Shown here: positions 37,026 through 47,200 of the stretch, in pieces
Layout: each line of letters opens with the position of its first letter
Numbering within the stretch: the stretch's first letter is position 1
Source: Sedimenticolaceae bacterium
GTDB lineage: Bacteria > Pseudomonadota > Gammaproteobacteria > Chromatiales > Chromatiaceae
NCBI GenBank assembly: GCA_963691905.1
Contig: OY829891.1
Location: forward strand, 293,795-357,794
Reading direction: 5' to 3'
Length of the DNA: 64,000 nucleotides
Translations under genes and position numbers: made by a program
The notes under the pieces: generated by a model
Seen by the model: only the letters and a program-made list of their open reading frames with translations
Databases searched by the model: none
Told to the model about the DNA's origin: nothing

Positions 37026-39311
37026 ATGAACAGGATCAGCCAGTCGATCGCCGAAATACTCTCCGTCAGGCAGACCCAGGTCGATGCCACTATCCAATTG
37101 CTGGATGAGGGCGCTACTGTCCCTTTCATCGCACGCTACCGCAAAGAGGCCACCGGCGGCCTCGACGATGCCCAGTTACGCACACTGTTTGAGCGTCTCG
37201 GTTATCTGCGCGAACTTGAGGCGCGCCGGAAGACCATTCTCTCAAGCATCGAGGAGCAGGAAAAACTCACGCCGGAACTGAAACACGACATCCTGCAAGC
37301 CGGCACCAAAACCCGGCTGGAAGACCTCTATCTGCCCTATAAACCGAAGCGCCGCACCAAGGCACAGATTGCGCGGGAGGCGGGACTGGAGCCACTGGCA
37401 CTCTCACTGCTGGAAGACCCCAGCCTGTCACCGGAACAAGCGGCAGCTGAATTCATCGATGTGGACAAAGACATCGGGGAGACCAAGGCCGCCCTGGACG
37501 GCGCCCGGCAGATTCTCATGGAACGCTTCGCTGAGGATGCTTCCCTGATCGGCCGGCTGAGAGAGTATATGCGCGATAACGGCCAGCTAAGCGCTACCGT
37601 CGTCTCCGGAAAAGAGCAGAAAGGCGCCAAATTCTCCGACTATTTTGAATACAGTGAGGCGATCAGCAAAATCCCCTCCCACCGTGCCCTGGCGCTATTC
37701 CGGGGACGCAATGAAGGCGTACTGAGTCTAACCCTTTCGGTTGCTGAGAATCCGGGCGGTGGCCACCCCTGCGAAGGCATGATCTCCAAGGCCAGCTCCA
37801 TCAGCCAACAGTCCAGAGCCGCCGATGACTGGCTGCTGGAGACAGTGCGCTGGGCCTGGCGGGTGAAGATCTCCCTCCACCTCGAACTGGAACTGCTCTC
37901 TGCACTGCGGGAACGGGCGGAAGAAGAGGCGATCCGTGTCTTCGCCAGCAACCTTCACGACCTGCTGCTGGCCGCGCCCGCCGGTCCCCGCATCACCATC
38001 GGCCTGGATCCCGGCCTGCGTACCGGCGTCAAGGTGGCAGTGGTGGACAGCACCGGCAAAGCACTGGAGACCGATACCATCTATCCTCATGTCCCACAGA
38101 GAAAATGGGATCACTCCATGGTCCAGCTTGCGGCATTGGCCCAACGGCACGGGGCCGAACTGGTGGCAATAGGCAACGGCACTGCCTCACGGGAGACCGA
38201 CAAACTGGCGGCGGAACTGATGCAGAGGCATCCCGAATTAAAGCTTCAGAGTCTGATGGTCAGCGAAGCAGGCGCCTCTGTCTACTCCGCTTCGGCGCTC
38301 GCCTCACAGGAATTGCCCGGCATGGATGTCTCCCTGCGCGGTGCGGTTTCCATCGCACGTCGCCTGCAGGATCCTTTGGCGGAACTGGTCAAGATCGATC
38401 CCAAATCGATCGGCGTCGGCCAATACCAGCACGACGTAAATCAGGGGCGTCTGGTCCGATCCCTCGAAGCCGTGGTGGAAGACTGTGTAAACGCCGTGGG
38501 CGTCGACGTCAACACCGCTTCCGCTCCCCTGCTGGCACAGGTATCCGGACTCAGCAACACCCTGGCACAGAACATCGTCAGCTTTCGCGACGAGCATGGC
38601 GCCTTCGACAATCGTAAGATGTTGAAGCAGGTACCACGGCTCGGCCCCAAAACCTACGAACAGGCTGCCGGGTTTATGCGCGTGATGAACGGCAGCAACC
38701 CGCTGGATCGCTCATCGGTACATCCGGAGTCCTATCCGATAGTGAAAAAGATCATCGAGGAGACCGGCTGCCGCATCGAAAATCTGCTGGGCAACCGCGA
38801 TGAACTCAAAGCACTGCAACCGGCAAATTTCATCACCGAGAAATTCGGCCTGCCCACGGTGGTGGACATCATCAGTGAACTGGAAAAACCGGGCCGCGAC
38901 CCCCGCCCCGATTTCAAGACCGCCAGCTTCAAAGAGGGAGTGGAGAGTCTGCAGGATCTGAAAGCCGAAATGATCCTGGAAGGCGTCATCACCAACGTCA
39001 CCAACTTCGGCGCTTTTGTGGACATTGGTGTTCACCAGGATGGACTGGTGCATATCTCCAACCTCTCCAACAAATTCGTCAAGGATCCCCGGGAGGTGGT
39101 GAAAACCGGTGATCTTGTGAAAGTGAAGGTGCTGGATGTAGACATCCCCCGCCGCCGCATTGGTCTCACCCTGCGCCTTGACGACAAGGCCGAACGCAAA
39201 CCGGCTGCAAAACAGCGTCAGGAGATGGCGCATAAACCCCATAAAAAATCCGCTCAGGCGCCAATGGGAAACAGTTTGGCCGCTGCTTTCGCCAAGGCAC
39301 GCAAGGTCTGA
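37026..39311 (+). CDS. tex: Tex family transcription accessory protein (S1 RNA-binding domain)
   Basis: 761 aa. It has the Tex N-terminus [25 protein letters not shown], a YqgF/HhH middle region and a C-terminal S1 domain ([16 protein letters not shown]). Confidence 0.9.
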   Translation: MNRISQSIAEILSVRQTQVDATIQLLDEGATVPFIARYRKEATGGLDDAQLRTLFERLGYLRELEARRKTILSSIEEQEKLTPELKHDILQAGTKTRLEDLYLPYKPKRRTKAQIAREAGLEPLALSLLEDPSLSPEQAAAEFIDVDKDIGETKAALDGARQILMERFAEDASLIGRLREYMRDNGQLSATVVSGKEQKGAKFSDYFEYSEAISKIPSHRALALFRGRNEGVLSLTLSVAENPGGGHPCEGMISKASSISQQSRAADDWLLETVRWAWRVKISLHLELELLSALRERAEEEAIRVFASNLHDLLLAAPAGPRITIGLDPGLRTGVKVAVVDSTGKALETDTIYPHVPQRKWDHSMVQLAALAQRHGAELVAIGNGTASRETDKLAAELMQRHPELKLQSLMVSEAGASVYSASALASQELPGMDVSLRGAVSIARRLQDPLAELVKIDPKSIGVGQYQHDVNQGRLVRSLEAVVEDCVNAVGVDVNTASAPLLAQVSGLSNTLAQNIVSFRDEHGAFDNRKMLKQVPRLGPKTYEQAAGFMRVMNGSNPLDRSSVHPESYPIVKKIIEETGCRIENLLGNRDELKALQPANFITEKFGLPTVVDIISELEKPGRDPRPDFKTASFKEGVESLQDLKAEMILEGVITNVTNFGAFVDIGVHQDGLVHISNLSNKFVKDPREVVKTGDLVKVKVLDVDIPRRRIGLTLRLDDKAERKPAAKQRQEMAHKPHKKSAQAPMGNSLAAAFAKARKV

Positions 39312-39528
39312 GCCCTCTGCATATTTTTAGGCGGGTATCGCTTTCTTGGTTTTTTCAACAAATACGGCTATGGTTGTATGCGTCAACACTATGTCCAATC
39401 CCAGAAAACAATAAGCCTCATGCAGTTTCAACGAACAGCTTAAATAGATCCTGTAGTGCGGAAGAAATGGGTTTAAGGAAACCTTCGATTTTATTTTGCT
39501 GGTCCCATCGAAACGAGAGGAAGTTCCC

Positions 39529-40083
39529 ATGAAAAAACAGTTTATGTTGAGTTGCTGCATCGCGGCAGGGTTAGGTATAGCCAATATCCAGACAGCAGCC
39601 GCCTTCAATTTTGGCGACGCGATGAGTCCGAATAAATGGATGAGTCCCAACAAGTGGATGAACAATAACAACAATAAAAATAACGACTACAGGGACGAAC
39701 GGCGGGATTATGATGATCGTGAGTACGGTTACGACAGAGGCCCCAACCAAGGGTATGGCGCTCCTCGGGGCCAGGGTTCCTATCCGGGTCAACAGGGTAA
39801 TTACGCAGATCCACGACAAGGTGGTTATCAGGGACAGCCACCCCAGGGCATGCCAGGCGGCCAAGGTTATGGAGGGGCACCCCAAGCCGGCGCAGGGGCT
39901 CATCAATTCAGACCGCAGCCTCAAACCCAGGGTGCGGCCCCTGCCGGAGGGGTACAGGCGCCTCAAGCCGCACCAGCCCAAGGTGCGGGCTACCCACCCG
40001 CGGGAGGTTACTACCCACCACCCAGAGGATATGCACCCGGTTATGGCACACAGCCCTATGGCGCGCCTTACCCGAGGTACTAG
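39529..40083 (+). CDS. Secreted low-complexity G/P/Q/Y-rich protein
   Basis: I set the start at 39529 (MKKQFML..., GAGG Shine-Dalgarno sequence upstream). It has a signal peptide, an SPNKWM duplication, an N-rich run and then a GYGAPRGQGSYPGQQG-type low-complexity region. Confidence 0.55.
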   Translation: MKKQFMLSCCIAAGLGIANIQTAAAFNFGDAMSPNKWMSPNKWMNNNNNKNNDYRDERRDYDDREYGYDRGPNQGYGAPRGQGSYPGQQGNYADPRQGGYQGQPPQGMPGGQGYGGAPQAGAGAHQFRPQPQTQGAAPAGGVQAPQAAPAQGAGYPPAGGYYPPPRGYAPGYGTQPYGAPYPRY

Positions 40084-40111
40084 CCTGAACAGCTGATCGT
40101 GAATACCCTGG

Positions 40112-40187
40112 TGTAGGTCGGGTTAGCGATAGCGTAATCCGACAAGCCTTTGATTTTGTTGGGTTACGCTGCGCTAACCCAACCTAC
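40112..40187. repeat. 76-bp double-hairpin REP, second copy
   Basis: Matches 23034-23109 apart from a few substitutions. Confidence 0.75.
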
Positions 40188-40234
40188 ACTTAAGCTTTGC
40201 ACTTCGCAGTGAATTTCGGGTTGCAGAATTCCAG

Positions 40235-41155
40235 TCAGAGGGATTTGGCGGAAAAGGTATCGCAATCCTTCAACTGACCACTCTGCATGCCGATCTTGAA
40301 CCACTTGACCCGCTGCTTGGAACTGCCGTGGGTAAAGGAGTCGGGACTGACATAACCCTGGGACTGCTTCTGCAGGCGATCATCGCCGATGGCGCTGGCG
40401 GCGGTTAGCCCCTCCTCTACATCACCGGCCTCCAGCAACTGCCGGGAGCGATCCGCATGGTGCGCCCAGATACCGGCCAGGCAGTCGGCCTGAAGCTCCT
40501 GTCGTACCGATAACTGGTTGGCTTTTACCTCGGCCAAACCCTTCTTCGCCTTCTGCACCTTTTCTGAGACGCCGAGCAGCGTCTGCACATGATGTCCCAC
40601 CTCGTGGGCGATCACATAAGCCTGGGCAAAATCACCCGGTGCCTTGAAGCGTTTTTTAAGATCGCTGTAGAAACTGAGGTCGATATAGACCTTCTGATCT
40701 GCAGGGCAGTAGAAGGGCCCCATGGCCGCCTGTCCCAAACCACAGGCGGATTTGACCGCACCGCGAAACAACACCAGCTTGGGCTCTTTGTAACGGCTGC
40801 CCTTCTCACGAAACAGCTTATGCCAGGTCTCCTCGGTATCCGCCAGTACGACAGAGACAAACTGCACCAACTCTCTCTCCTCGGCGCTCTGTTCGATTTG
40901 CTGGCTCTGTTGACCCTGCTCGGGGGAGAGACCCTGCATGCCGCCGCCCAGCAGGCTGTCCAGGTTCCCGCTAAAGAGGCTATAGGCGCCGATGGCCAGT
41001 ACCGCCACCAAACCGCCCTTGAAACCGAACAGCTTGAATACCATCGGCAGCAGGTTGAGCATGCCGCCGCCCCCGCCAAACCCTCGGGCTGAAGGAGCGC
41101 GCATACCGCGCCGGTCTTCGATATTGCTGCTCTGTCGATTTCCCCGCCAACGCAT
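40235..41155 (-). CDS. ypfJ: Neutral zinc metallopeptidase, YpfJ family
   Basis: 306 aa with a TM helix, GPFYCPADQKVYIDLSFY and HEVGHHVQ. Confidence 0.85.
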   Translation of the reverse strand: MRWRGNRQSSNIEDRRGMRAPSARGFGGGGGMLNLLPMVFKLFGFKGGLVAVLAIGAYSLFSGNLDSLLGGGMQGLSPEQGQQSQQIEQSAEERELVQFVSVVLADTEETWHKLFREKGSRYKEPKLVLFRGAVKSACGLGQAAMGPFYCPADQKVYIDLSFYSDLKKRFKAPGDFAQAYVIAHEVGHHVQTLLGVSEKVQKAKKGLAEVKANQLSVRQELQADCLAGIWAHHADRSRQLLEAGDVEEGLTAASAIGDDRLQKQSQGYVSPDSFTHGSSKQRVKWFKIGMQSGQLKDCDTFSAKSL

Positions 41156-41167
41156 CGTTTTACTCCA

Positions 41168-41560
41168 TCAGTCGCCCTTCAGAACACCAGCCACCAGTGA
41201 ACTCAATCCATCGCCCCCTTTGGACTGCAGGAAAGAGAGCAGCACGGGGACAAATTTGCCGATCATTCCGGCATCGAGATCCAGTTTGGAGAAACCGCTG
41301 ACCAGGGAAGCCATGTTCCCAAGCTCTGAACCGCCCAATGCAGAGGCCACACCGCCCAGCAATCCACCCAAACCACCGGAATCGCCAGCGGGAGCCCCAT
41401 CGATCATGCTTTCGACACCCGGTACCGCATCCGCCACTTTGGAGAAATCCCCCGAGGAGAGCTGATCCTTTACCAAGCCAAGCAACAAACCAGCACCACC
41501 TTCAGCCTGCTGTTGGTTCACGCCGGCACCTGCAATCAATTGTTGAACCAGTTCCATCAT
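41168..41560 (-). CDS. DUF2780-like small protein
   Basis: 130 aa with the pattern LVQQL...GVNQQQAEGGAGLLLGLVKDQL... Confidence 0.6.
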   Translation of the reverse strand: MMELVQQLIAGAGVNQQQAEGGAGLLLGLVKDQLSSGDFSKVADAVPGVESMIDGAPAGDSGGLGGLLGGVASALGGSELGNMASLVSGFSKLDLDAGMIGKFVPVLLSFLQSKGGDGLSSLVAGVLKGD

Positions 41561-41730
41561 GTTAAAACCTCCGGTATGAGTAACTTACCAGCCGTAGCGA
41601 CCCTAATGACAGGGCCTTGGCCGGTATTCGGATGTCGAGTCTAACCCAGTGATTTGGACCGACCTTGCGAAAAATGTAAACCATTGTTAACTACAATAGC
41701 CCGAAAAGGGCCTGCATCAGGGAACAGACC

Positions 41731-43209
41731 ATGAGTGATAATCAGATCCTGCTCGGTGGAAACGGTGAGGAACAGATCCTTCTCGATGCCGCAATGGCCA
41801 ACAGGCATGGCCTCATTACCGGTGCAACCGGCACCGGTAAGACAGTCACTCTGCAGGTGTTGGCTGAATCCTTCTCCCGTCTCGGGGTGCCTGTTTTTAC
41901 CGCCGACATGAAAGGGGATCTGTCGGGTCTGGCCGGTCGTGGACAAGCCCACCCCAAGGTCACCGAGCGTCTTAAATATATTGCCATCGAAGATCACAAT
42001 TTTGAAGCCAATCCGGTAATCTTTTGGGATGTCTACGGCAAACAGGGACACCCGGTACGCACCACCGTCTCCGAGATGGGTCCCACTCTGCTGGCCAACC
42101 TGCTGGAGCTGAACGAGACCCAGGGAGGGGTGCTGCAGATCGTCTTCAGCGTGGCCGATGACGAGGGCCTGTTACTGCTCGACCTGAAGGATCTGCGCTC
42201 AATGCTCAACTGGGTGGCGGACAATGCAAAGGAGCTGGAACGGGAGTATGGCCGAGTTTCGAGACAGAGCGTCGGCGCCATCATGCGCCGCCTGCTGGTA
42301 TTGGATGAGGCTGGCGGCGAGATCTTTTTTGGAGAGCCGGCCATTCGCATCGAACACCTGATGCAGACCGACTTTTCCGGTCGCGGTGTCATCAGCATTC
42401 TCGATGCCACCACCCTCTACCACTCACCCCGCATCTACGCCACCTTCCTGCTTTGGTTGCTCTCCGAACTGATGGAGGAACTGCCGGAACAGGGGGATGC
42501 CGACCGTCCCAAACTGGTCTTCTTTTTTGACGAAGCCCACTTGCTGTTCAGCAAAGCGCCAAAAGCGCTGCTGGAAAAGATTACCCAGGTGGTACGACTG
42601 ATTCGATCCAAGGGCGTGGGTGTCTTTTTCATCACCCAATATCCCAATGATGTGCCCGACGAGGTCATCGGCCAGCTCGGCAACCGCATTCAGCACGCCC
42701 TGCGCGCCTTCACCCCCAGGGACAGGAAGGCGGTCAAGGCCGCCGCCGAGACCTTCCGCCAGAACCCGGCTTTCGATACCGAGGAGGTGATCGGACAGTT
42801 GGGTGTGGGGGAAGCCCTGATCTCAACCCTCAACCACAAGGGTGTTCCGAGCATGGTGGAGCGCACCCTGATGTCGCCCCCCCGCTCCAAGTTCGGCCCG
42901 GTGGATGAATCAGATAGGGAACGGATCATCAGCCGCTCCCCTCTCAAGAGTAGTTATGACAAACCCCTTGATCGGGAATCAGCCTACGAGATGCTGATCA
43001 AACGTGAGGAAGAGCTGGCCAAACAGCGGGAACAACAGACGCAGGAAGAGAGTGAGGAGAAGGCTCCGAAGAAATCGCGCAGCAGTGGTGGCCGTAAACG
43101 TCAGGGCGTGGGAGAGGCCTTCGTAAAGTCAGTGGCCAGGGCAATCGGCTCCAACCTGGGTCGACAGATCATCCGTGGCATACTTGGCAGTATTATCGGC
43201 AAGCGTTGA
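41731..43209 (+). CDS. HerA-like ATPase, DUF853 (YjgR) family
   Basis: 492 aa with Walker A GATGTGKT, Walker B LVFFFDEAH and a basic C-terminal tail. Confidence 0.85.
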   Translation: MSDNQILLGGNGEEQILLDAAMANRHGLITGATGTGKTVTLQVLAESFSRLGVPVFTADMKGDLSGLAGRGQAHPKVTERLKYIAIEDHNFEANPVIFWDVYGKQGHPVRTTVSEMGPTLLANLLELNETQGGVLQIVFSVADDEGLLLLDLKDLRSMLNWVADNAKELEREYGRVSRQSVGAIMRRLLVLDEAGGEIFFGEPAIRIEHLMQTDFSGRGVISILDATTLYHSPRIYATFLLWLLSELMEELPEQGDADRPKLVFFFDEAHLLFSKAPKALLEKITQVVRLIRSKGVGVFFITQYPNDVPDEVIGQLGNRIQHALRAFTPRDRKAVKAAAETFRQNPAFDTEEVIGQLGVGEALISTLNHKGVPSMVERTLMSPPRSKFGPVDESDRERIISRSPLKSSYDKPLDRESAYEMLIKREEELAKQREQQTQEESEEKAPKKSRSSGGRKRQGVGEAFVKSVARAIGSNLGRQIIRGILGSIIGKR

Positions 43210-43223
43210 TGGCTTTAACTCCA

Positions 43224-43321
43224 GGGGTCGGAGTCGAGTCAACTACGAAGTGACACAACCTGAATCGCAACCAGCTTGCTTCATGCCACTCCCCAACAGC
43301 CTCGCTCTCGACTCCGACCCC
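43224..43321. repeat. Long-form GGGGTCGGAGTC REP (~98 bp)
   Basis: GGGGTCGGAGTCGAGTCAACTAC...CTCGCTCTCGACTCCGACCCC. Confidence 0.85.
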
Positions 43322-43324
43322 TCC

Positions 43325-44041
43325 TCAACCGGACAACAATCCCGCAATCCTGAGCAGAAAATCAGCCTGACCAATACCCACCTCCTTCTCGGTGCCCCGA
43401 CGTATCTCGGTCAAGAGTTTTCTATCCAGGGCTTGAGCAAAAAGTGCCACATAGCGCCCTACGTCGGCCTCCTCCGGGGTCGGAGTCAAACCGCCCACCT
43501 CTGTCGTTTTTCCCACCCCTCTCTCACGGTTTGACTCCGACCCCTCACTGATCAGCTGCAGATAGACTGGATGCGTCGTCACCAGCCCATCCGCCTTACC
43601 CACCCCATTCGCCTGATAACTCGAATAGGGGTAATCCTCCGGCCTTGCCGCAATACCCACACGCACCGGATTCAATTCGATATAGCGATAACAGGCCAGC
43701 AAATAACGATCCGTATCCACCAAAGCCGATTTATACCGCCCCTCCCAGAGGGAACCGCTACGGTGATAGGTGCGATTGAAATACTGGGCATAACGCCGCC
43801 CCACAGACTGCATGGTTCGGGGCAGGGAGAACGCATCAGAAGGCGTCACCAAAAGGTGGATATGATTGTGCATAAAAACCCAGGCATGCACGGCCAGGCC
43901 ATGGGTTTCCGCCGCCTCACGCAGGCAGCGATAGAGAAAACGAAAATCTTCGTGACGAGCCAGAATAGGATCACGATTGTGTCCGCGTACAACCACATGC
44001 TGCGGCTGATCCGGCAGCCAGACCCTGGGTCTTCTTGGCAT
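43325..44041 (-). CDS. REP-associated tyrosine transposase (RAYT, IS200/Y1-like)
   Basis: PRRPRVWLPDQPQHVVVRGHN..., the HUH motif HNHIHLL and YRYIELNPVR with the catalytic-Tyr region. I set the start at the ATG at 44041. The ORF-track extension runs into a REP. A short-form REP lies in frame inside the gene. Confidence 0.8.
   Translation of the reverse strand: MPRRPRVWLPDQPQHVVVRGHNRDPILARHEDFRFLYRCLREAAETHGLAVHAWVFMHNHIHLLVTPSDAFSLPRTMQSVGRRYAQYFNRTYHRSGSLWEGRYKSALVDTDRYLLACYRYIELNPVRVGIAARPEDYPYSSYQANGVGKADGLVTTHPVYLQLISEGSESNRERGVGKTTEVGGLTPTPEEADVGRYVALFAQALDRKLLTEIRRGTEKEVGIGQADFLLRIAGLLSG
43476..43544. repeat. Short-form GGGGTCGGAGTC REP inside the RAYT ORF
   Basis: GGGGTCGGAGTCAAACCG...CGGTTTGACTCCGACCCC, translated in frame as ..SEGSESNRERGVGKTTEVGGLTPTPEE.. 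Confidence 0.8.
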
Positions 44042-44088
44042 GACAACCTCCTTGTTGTCTTTTATTCGGTACGAGGGACGCGGTACGA

Positions 44089-44186
44089 GGGGTCGGAGTC
44101 GAATCAACTACGAAGCAACACCACCTGCATCGCAACCAGCTTGTTTCATACCACTCCCCAACAAACTCGTTCTCGACTCCGACCCC
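44089..44186. repeat. Long-form GGGGTCGGAGTC REP
   Basis: It lies immediately upstream of the RAYT start. A lone right half-site is at about 44266-44281. Confidence 0.85.
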
Positions 44187-44239
44187 GGAGAAGAGAAAAA
44201 CCGGCAGTCATAACGACTCCGGTCCGCTTTGGTATCAAA

Positions 44240-44485
44240 TTATCTAGAATCAACGGGTTGCGTTACTTTGACTCCGACCCCTGAAGTTGACTCACCAATC
44301 AGCTTCGCATCATCAGCATACTCCGGATAATCTTCCAAAAAAGCTTTCGCATTCGAAATATACAAATCCGACGGCCCGGAAATTCCCGAAGCCTTTCCAT
44401 CCGTTCCCGTCCGACCAACACCATCAGCCACGGCTACCGGCAACAACAACCCCAACAACACCAACAACACCAACCCAACAATCAA
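44240..44485 (-). CDS. Possible small secreted protein, 3' end replaced by a REP half-site
   Basis: 81 aa with a signal-like N-terminus (LVLLVLLGLLLPVAVA). The last ~15 codons are REP-encoded (GVGVKV). Confidence 0.3.
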   Translation of the reverse strand: MIVGLVLLVLLGLLLPVAVADGVGRTGTDGKASGISGPSDLYISNAKAFLEDYPEYADDAKLIGESTSGVGVKVTQPVDSR

Positions 44486-44795
44486 CCGTCAATACATATA
44501 ATCCACCCCACCCCTTAAACAACTCCCCAAACCCCCAGAGCCGATATCGTGTGCCCACAACCACTGCGCCTTCCGCCTACCCCTGTTATCTTCGCTATCT
44601 GACGCCTAATGAGCTTAATTAACGGTGTGCACCCCGTTACCAGGCACCGAGTCTCGTCTCCATTCTGCATCAAAGCACAGGGACAGCACTTGCCATCCAG
44701 TCTGTTGCGACGTAAGCGTTCAACCTACGGCGTTCTTCCGCTGATCTGACTTCACCGATACCGTACTCCCGAGTTTTCAACCCGAGGAGTAGAGC

Positions 44796-45089
44796 ATGAC
44801 CAACCCTGTCTTTACACGCCAACGCCGTAGTCGCGATGAGTGGCAACGTCTGATCACAGATCAGGAACGAGTCCCACTAAGTCAACAGGCCTATTGCCAT
44901 GAGAAGGCCCTCGCACTTTCCACTTTCCAGAACTGGAAGCGCCGCTTGGCAGCCATGAAACAAACCGCCACTGATGCCGGTGATGAATGGCTGGAACTGC
45001 CCCTTCGTCCGGAAAAATCCGCCGTCGCCAACTGGGATATCGAACTCGATCTCGGCAACGGGCTTTGCCTGCGATTAAGGCAGCGCTGA
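44796..45089 (+). CDS. tnpA: IS66 family accessory protein TnpA (Orf1)
   Basis: 97 aa. This is the first ORF of the IS66 element, and its stop overlaps the tnpB start (TGATG). Confidence 0.8.
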   Translation: MTNPVFTRQRRSRDEWQRLITDQERVPLSQQAYCHEKALALSTFQNWKRRLAAMKQTATDAGDEWLELPLRPEKSAVANWDIELDLGNGLCLRLRQR

Positions 45090-45436
45090 TGCTGTTTCCG
45101 GAATCACAGGTTCGGATCTGGCTGTATAACCGCCCCTGCGATATGCGTAAATCCTATGATGGTCTCTCAGGCCTGGTCAAAACCCAACTCCGTGAGAATC
45201 CGCTCAGTAGCGAACTCTTCGTCTTCATCAACCGCAAATGCACCCAGATGAAGATCCTCTATTTTGACCGTAGTGGTTACTGCATCTGGAGCAAACGCCT
45301 GGAACAGGGACGATTCCATGCCCATGCCGGCACCGACGAGAAGAAGCGACTGGAGTGGACCGATCTCAAGCTGATCCTCGAAGGTATAGATAGCCGATCC
45401 GTGCGCCACTACAAGCGTTATAAACATCCCATCTAA
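45089..45436 (+). CDS. tnpB: IS66 family accessory protein TnpB (Orf2)
   Basis: MLFPESQVRIWLYNRPCDMRKSYDGLSGLV... is a typical IS66 Orf2. Confidence 0.85.
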   Translation: MLFPESQVRIWLYNRPCDMRKSYDGLSGLVKTQLRENPLSSELFVFINRKCTQMKILYFDRSGYCIWSKRLEQGRFHAHAGTDEKKRLEWTDLKLILEGIDSRSVRHYKRYKHPI

Positions 45437-45463
45437 TGGTTGTTTGCGGTATAATTCATCTCG

Positions 45464-47044
45464 ATGAAAGCCGCTGTTTTCAAAGAGAAAATCCCGTCTG
45501 AGATGCCGCATCGGCTAGCCGCTGAGAATGCCGGGCTGAAACAGCATGTGCAGTTGCTTCAGCAACAAAATCAGTCTCTGCAGACTCAACTCGACTGGCT
45601 CAAACGCCAGTTGTTCGGTCAGAAGTCCGAAAGGCGGTTGGTCGAAGCACCGGGGCAGATCGACATCGCCGAGCTGCTTGGAGACGAGCGGCCCGCTGCA
45701 CCCACAGTATCCAGCGAGATGATCAGCTACACCCGGCGCAAGAAACAGCGCGGTGACGACTGCACCACCGATGCTGGTCTGCGCTTTGATAAAGATGTCC
45801 CAGTCGAAGTGATCGAGATTGCTCATCCAGGACTGCAGGGGGGTGAAGTGGATCAGTACGAGATCATCGATCAGAAGATCACCCGCAAACTGGCCCAGCG
45901 TCTTGGCAGCTACGTGGTGCTGGAGTACCACCGTCCGGTGGTCAAGCACAAACCGACTCAACGGCTGAGTACACCACCGCTGCCGACCCCCGTATTCGAC
46001 AAGAGCCTGGCCGATGTCAGCCTGCTGGCTGGACTTCTGGTGGACAAGTTTGTCTACCATCTGCCGCTCTACCGCCAACACCAACGAATGACACAAAGCG
46101 GCATCACCCTGAGCCGCACCAGTCTCACTTACTGGGTGCAGCGCTCCATTGAACTACTCAAACCCATCTATCAGGCGCAATTGAAGCAGATCCTGCAGAG
46201 CCGGGTATTGGCAATGGATGAGACACCCATCAAGGCGGGACGAAAACAGAAAGGCAAGATGCATCAGGGGTGGCTCTGGCCAATCTACGGCGAGCGCGAC
46301 GAGGTCTGTTTTACCTACTCGGCCAGTCGGGGCAAACAACACATCGAAGATCAGCTCAAGGGTTTCGAAGGTGTGCTGTTGACCGATGGCTACGGTGCCT
46401 ATGATAGCTTTGCCAAGAACAAGCCAGAGATCACCCAGGCGCAGTGCTGGGCTCACGCCAGGAGATACTTCGTCAAGGCTGAGAAGATCGAACCCGAGGC
46501 AGTGACCGAGGCCCTGGAAAGCATCGGTGCACTCTATCGAATCGAGGCAGCCATCCGCGACAAGAAGCTGGATGGTGAAAAGAAACTTGCCTACCGGTGC
46601 AAACAGGGCAAACCGTTGGCGGAGGCATTCTTTGGTTGGTGCCACAACCAAAGACAGCGCATCGACCTGGTCAACAGCAATCCCTTATCGAGGGCGCTGA
46701 CCTATGTCACCAATCACCGGGAACAGATGAGCGTCTTCCTGTCTGACCCGGACGTACCGATCGACACCAATCATGTGGAGCGCAACCTGCGCGCCATCCC
46801 GATGGGCAGGAAGAATTGGATGTTCTGTTGGAGTGAGGTCGGTGCTGAACACGTTGGCATCATCCAGAGCCTGCTGACCACCTGCCGGTTACAAGGGGTG
46901 AATCCCTACACCTATCTAGTAGATGTGTTGCAACGCGTCGCCCTGCACGCGGACCGTGATGTCGATGAACTCACACCCAAATTATGGAAGGAACGGTTCG
47001 CCGAAAATCCTTTTCGATCTGATCTGGAGCTAGTGGGAAAATAG
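45464..47044 (+). CDS. tnpC: IS66 family transposase TnpC
   Basis: 526 aa with a leucine-zipper-like N-terminus and a DDE region (VLAMDETPIK..., LLTDGYGAY...). Confidence 0.9.
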   Translation: MKAAVFKEKIPSEMPHRLAAENAGLKQHVQLLQQQNQSLQTQLDWLKRQLFGQKSERRLVEAPGQIDIAELLGDERPAAPTVSSEMISYTRRKKQRGDDCTTDAGLRFDKDVPVEVIEIAHPGLQGGEVDQYEIIDQKITRKLAQRLGSYVVLEYHRPVVKHKPTQRLSTPPLPTPVFDKSLADVSLLAGLLVDKFVYHLPLYRQHQRMTQSGITLSRTSLTYWVQRSIELLKPIYQAQLKQILQSRVLAMDETPIKAGRKQKGKMHQGWLWPIYGERDEVCFTYSASRGKQHIEDQLKGFEGVLLTDGYGAYDSFAKNKPEITQAQCWAHARRYFVKAEKIEPEAVTEALESIGALYRIEAAIRDKKLDGEKKLAYRCKQGKPLAEAFFGWCHNQRQRIDLVNSNPLSRALTYVTNHREQMSVFLSDPDVPIDTNHVERNLRAIPMGRKNWMFCWSEVGAEHVGIIQSLLTTCRLQGVNPYTYLVDVLQRVALHADRDVDELTPKLWKERFAENPFRSDLELVGK

Positions 47045-47200
47045 CGTCGTAGTTTGAACGTTTACGTTGCGACACCCTTTCCCGGCCTGCCAGTAACAGT
47101 GGATAAGACTGGGGGCAGACCGACAACCGGGTGGATGTTCTCTCGTTATTGCCTGTTGGGCAGGACTCCTAACCGTTATTTGATGGGTCGAGTGTAGTGA

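Larger units (their letters stand above)
44712..47065 (+). mobile_element. Complete IS66-family insertion sequence (2354 bp) with 8-bp target site duplication
   Basis: IRL is GTAAGCGTTCAACCTACGGCG. The reverse complement of IRR is GTAAACGTTCAAACTACGACG (18/21 match). A direct repeat GTTGCGAC lies at 44704-44711 and 47066-47073. There are three ORFs: tnpA, tnpB and tnpC. Confidence 0.9.

Noticed and set aside
44287-44622. 111-aa Pro/Thr/His-rich ORF on the plus strand.
   Set aside because: It is low-complexity and lies antisense to the signal-peptide-encoding part of the small minus-strand ORF and to a CAACAACAC-type simple sequence. It has no start context.
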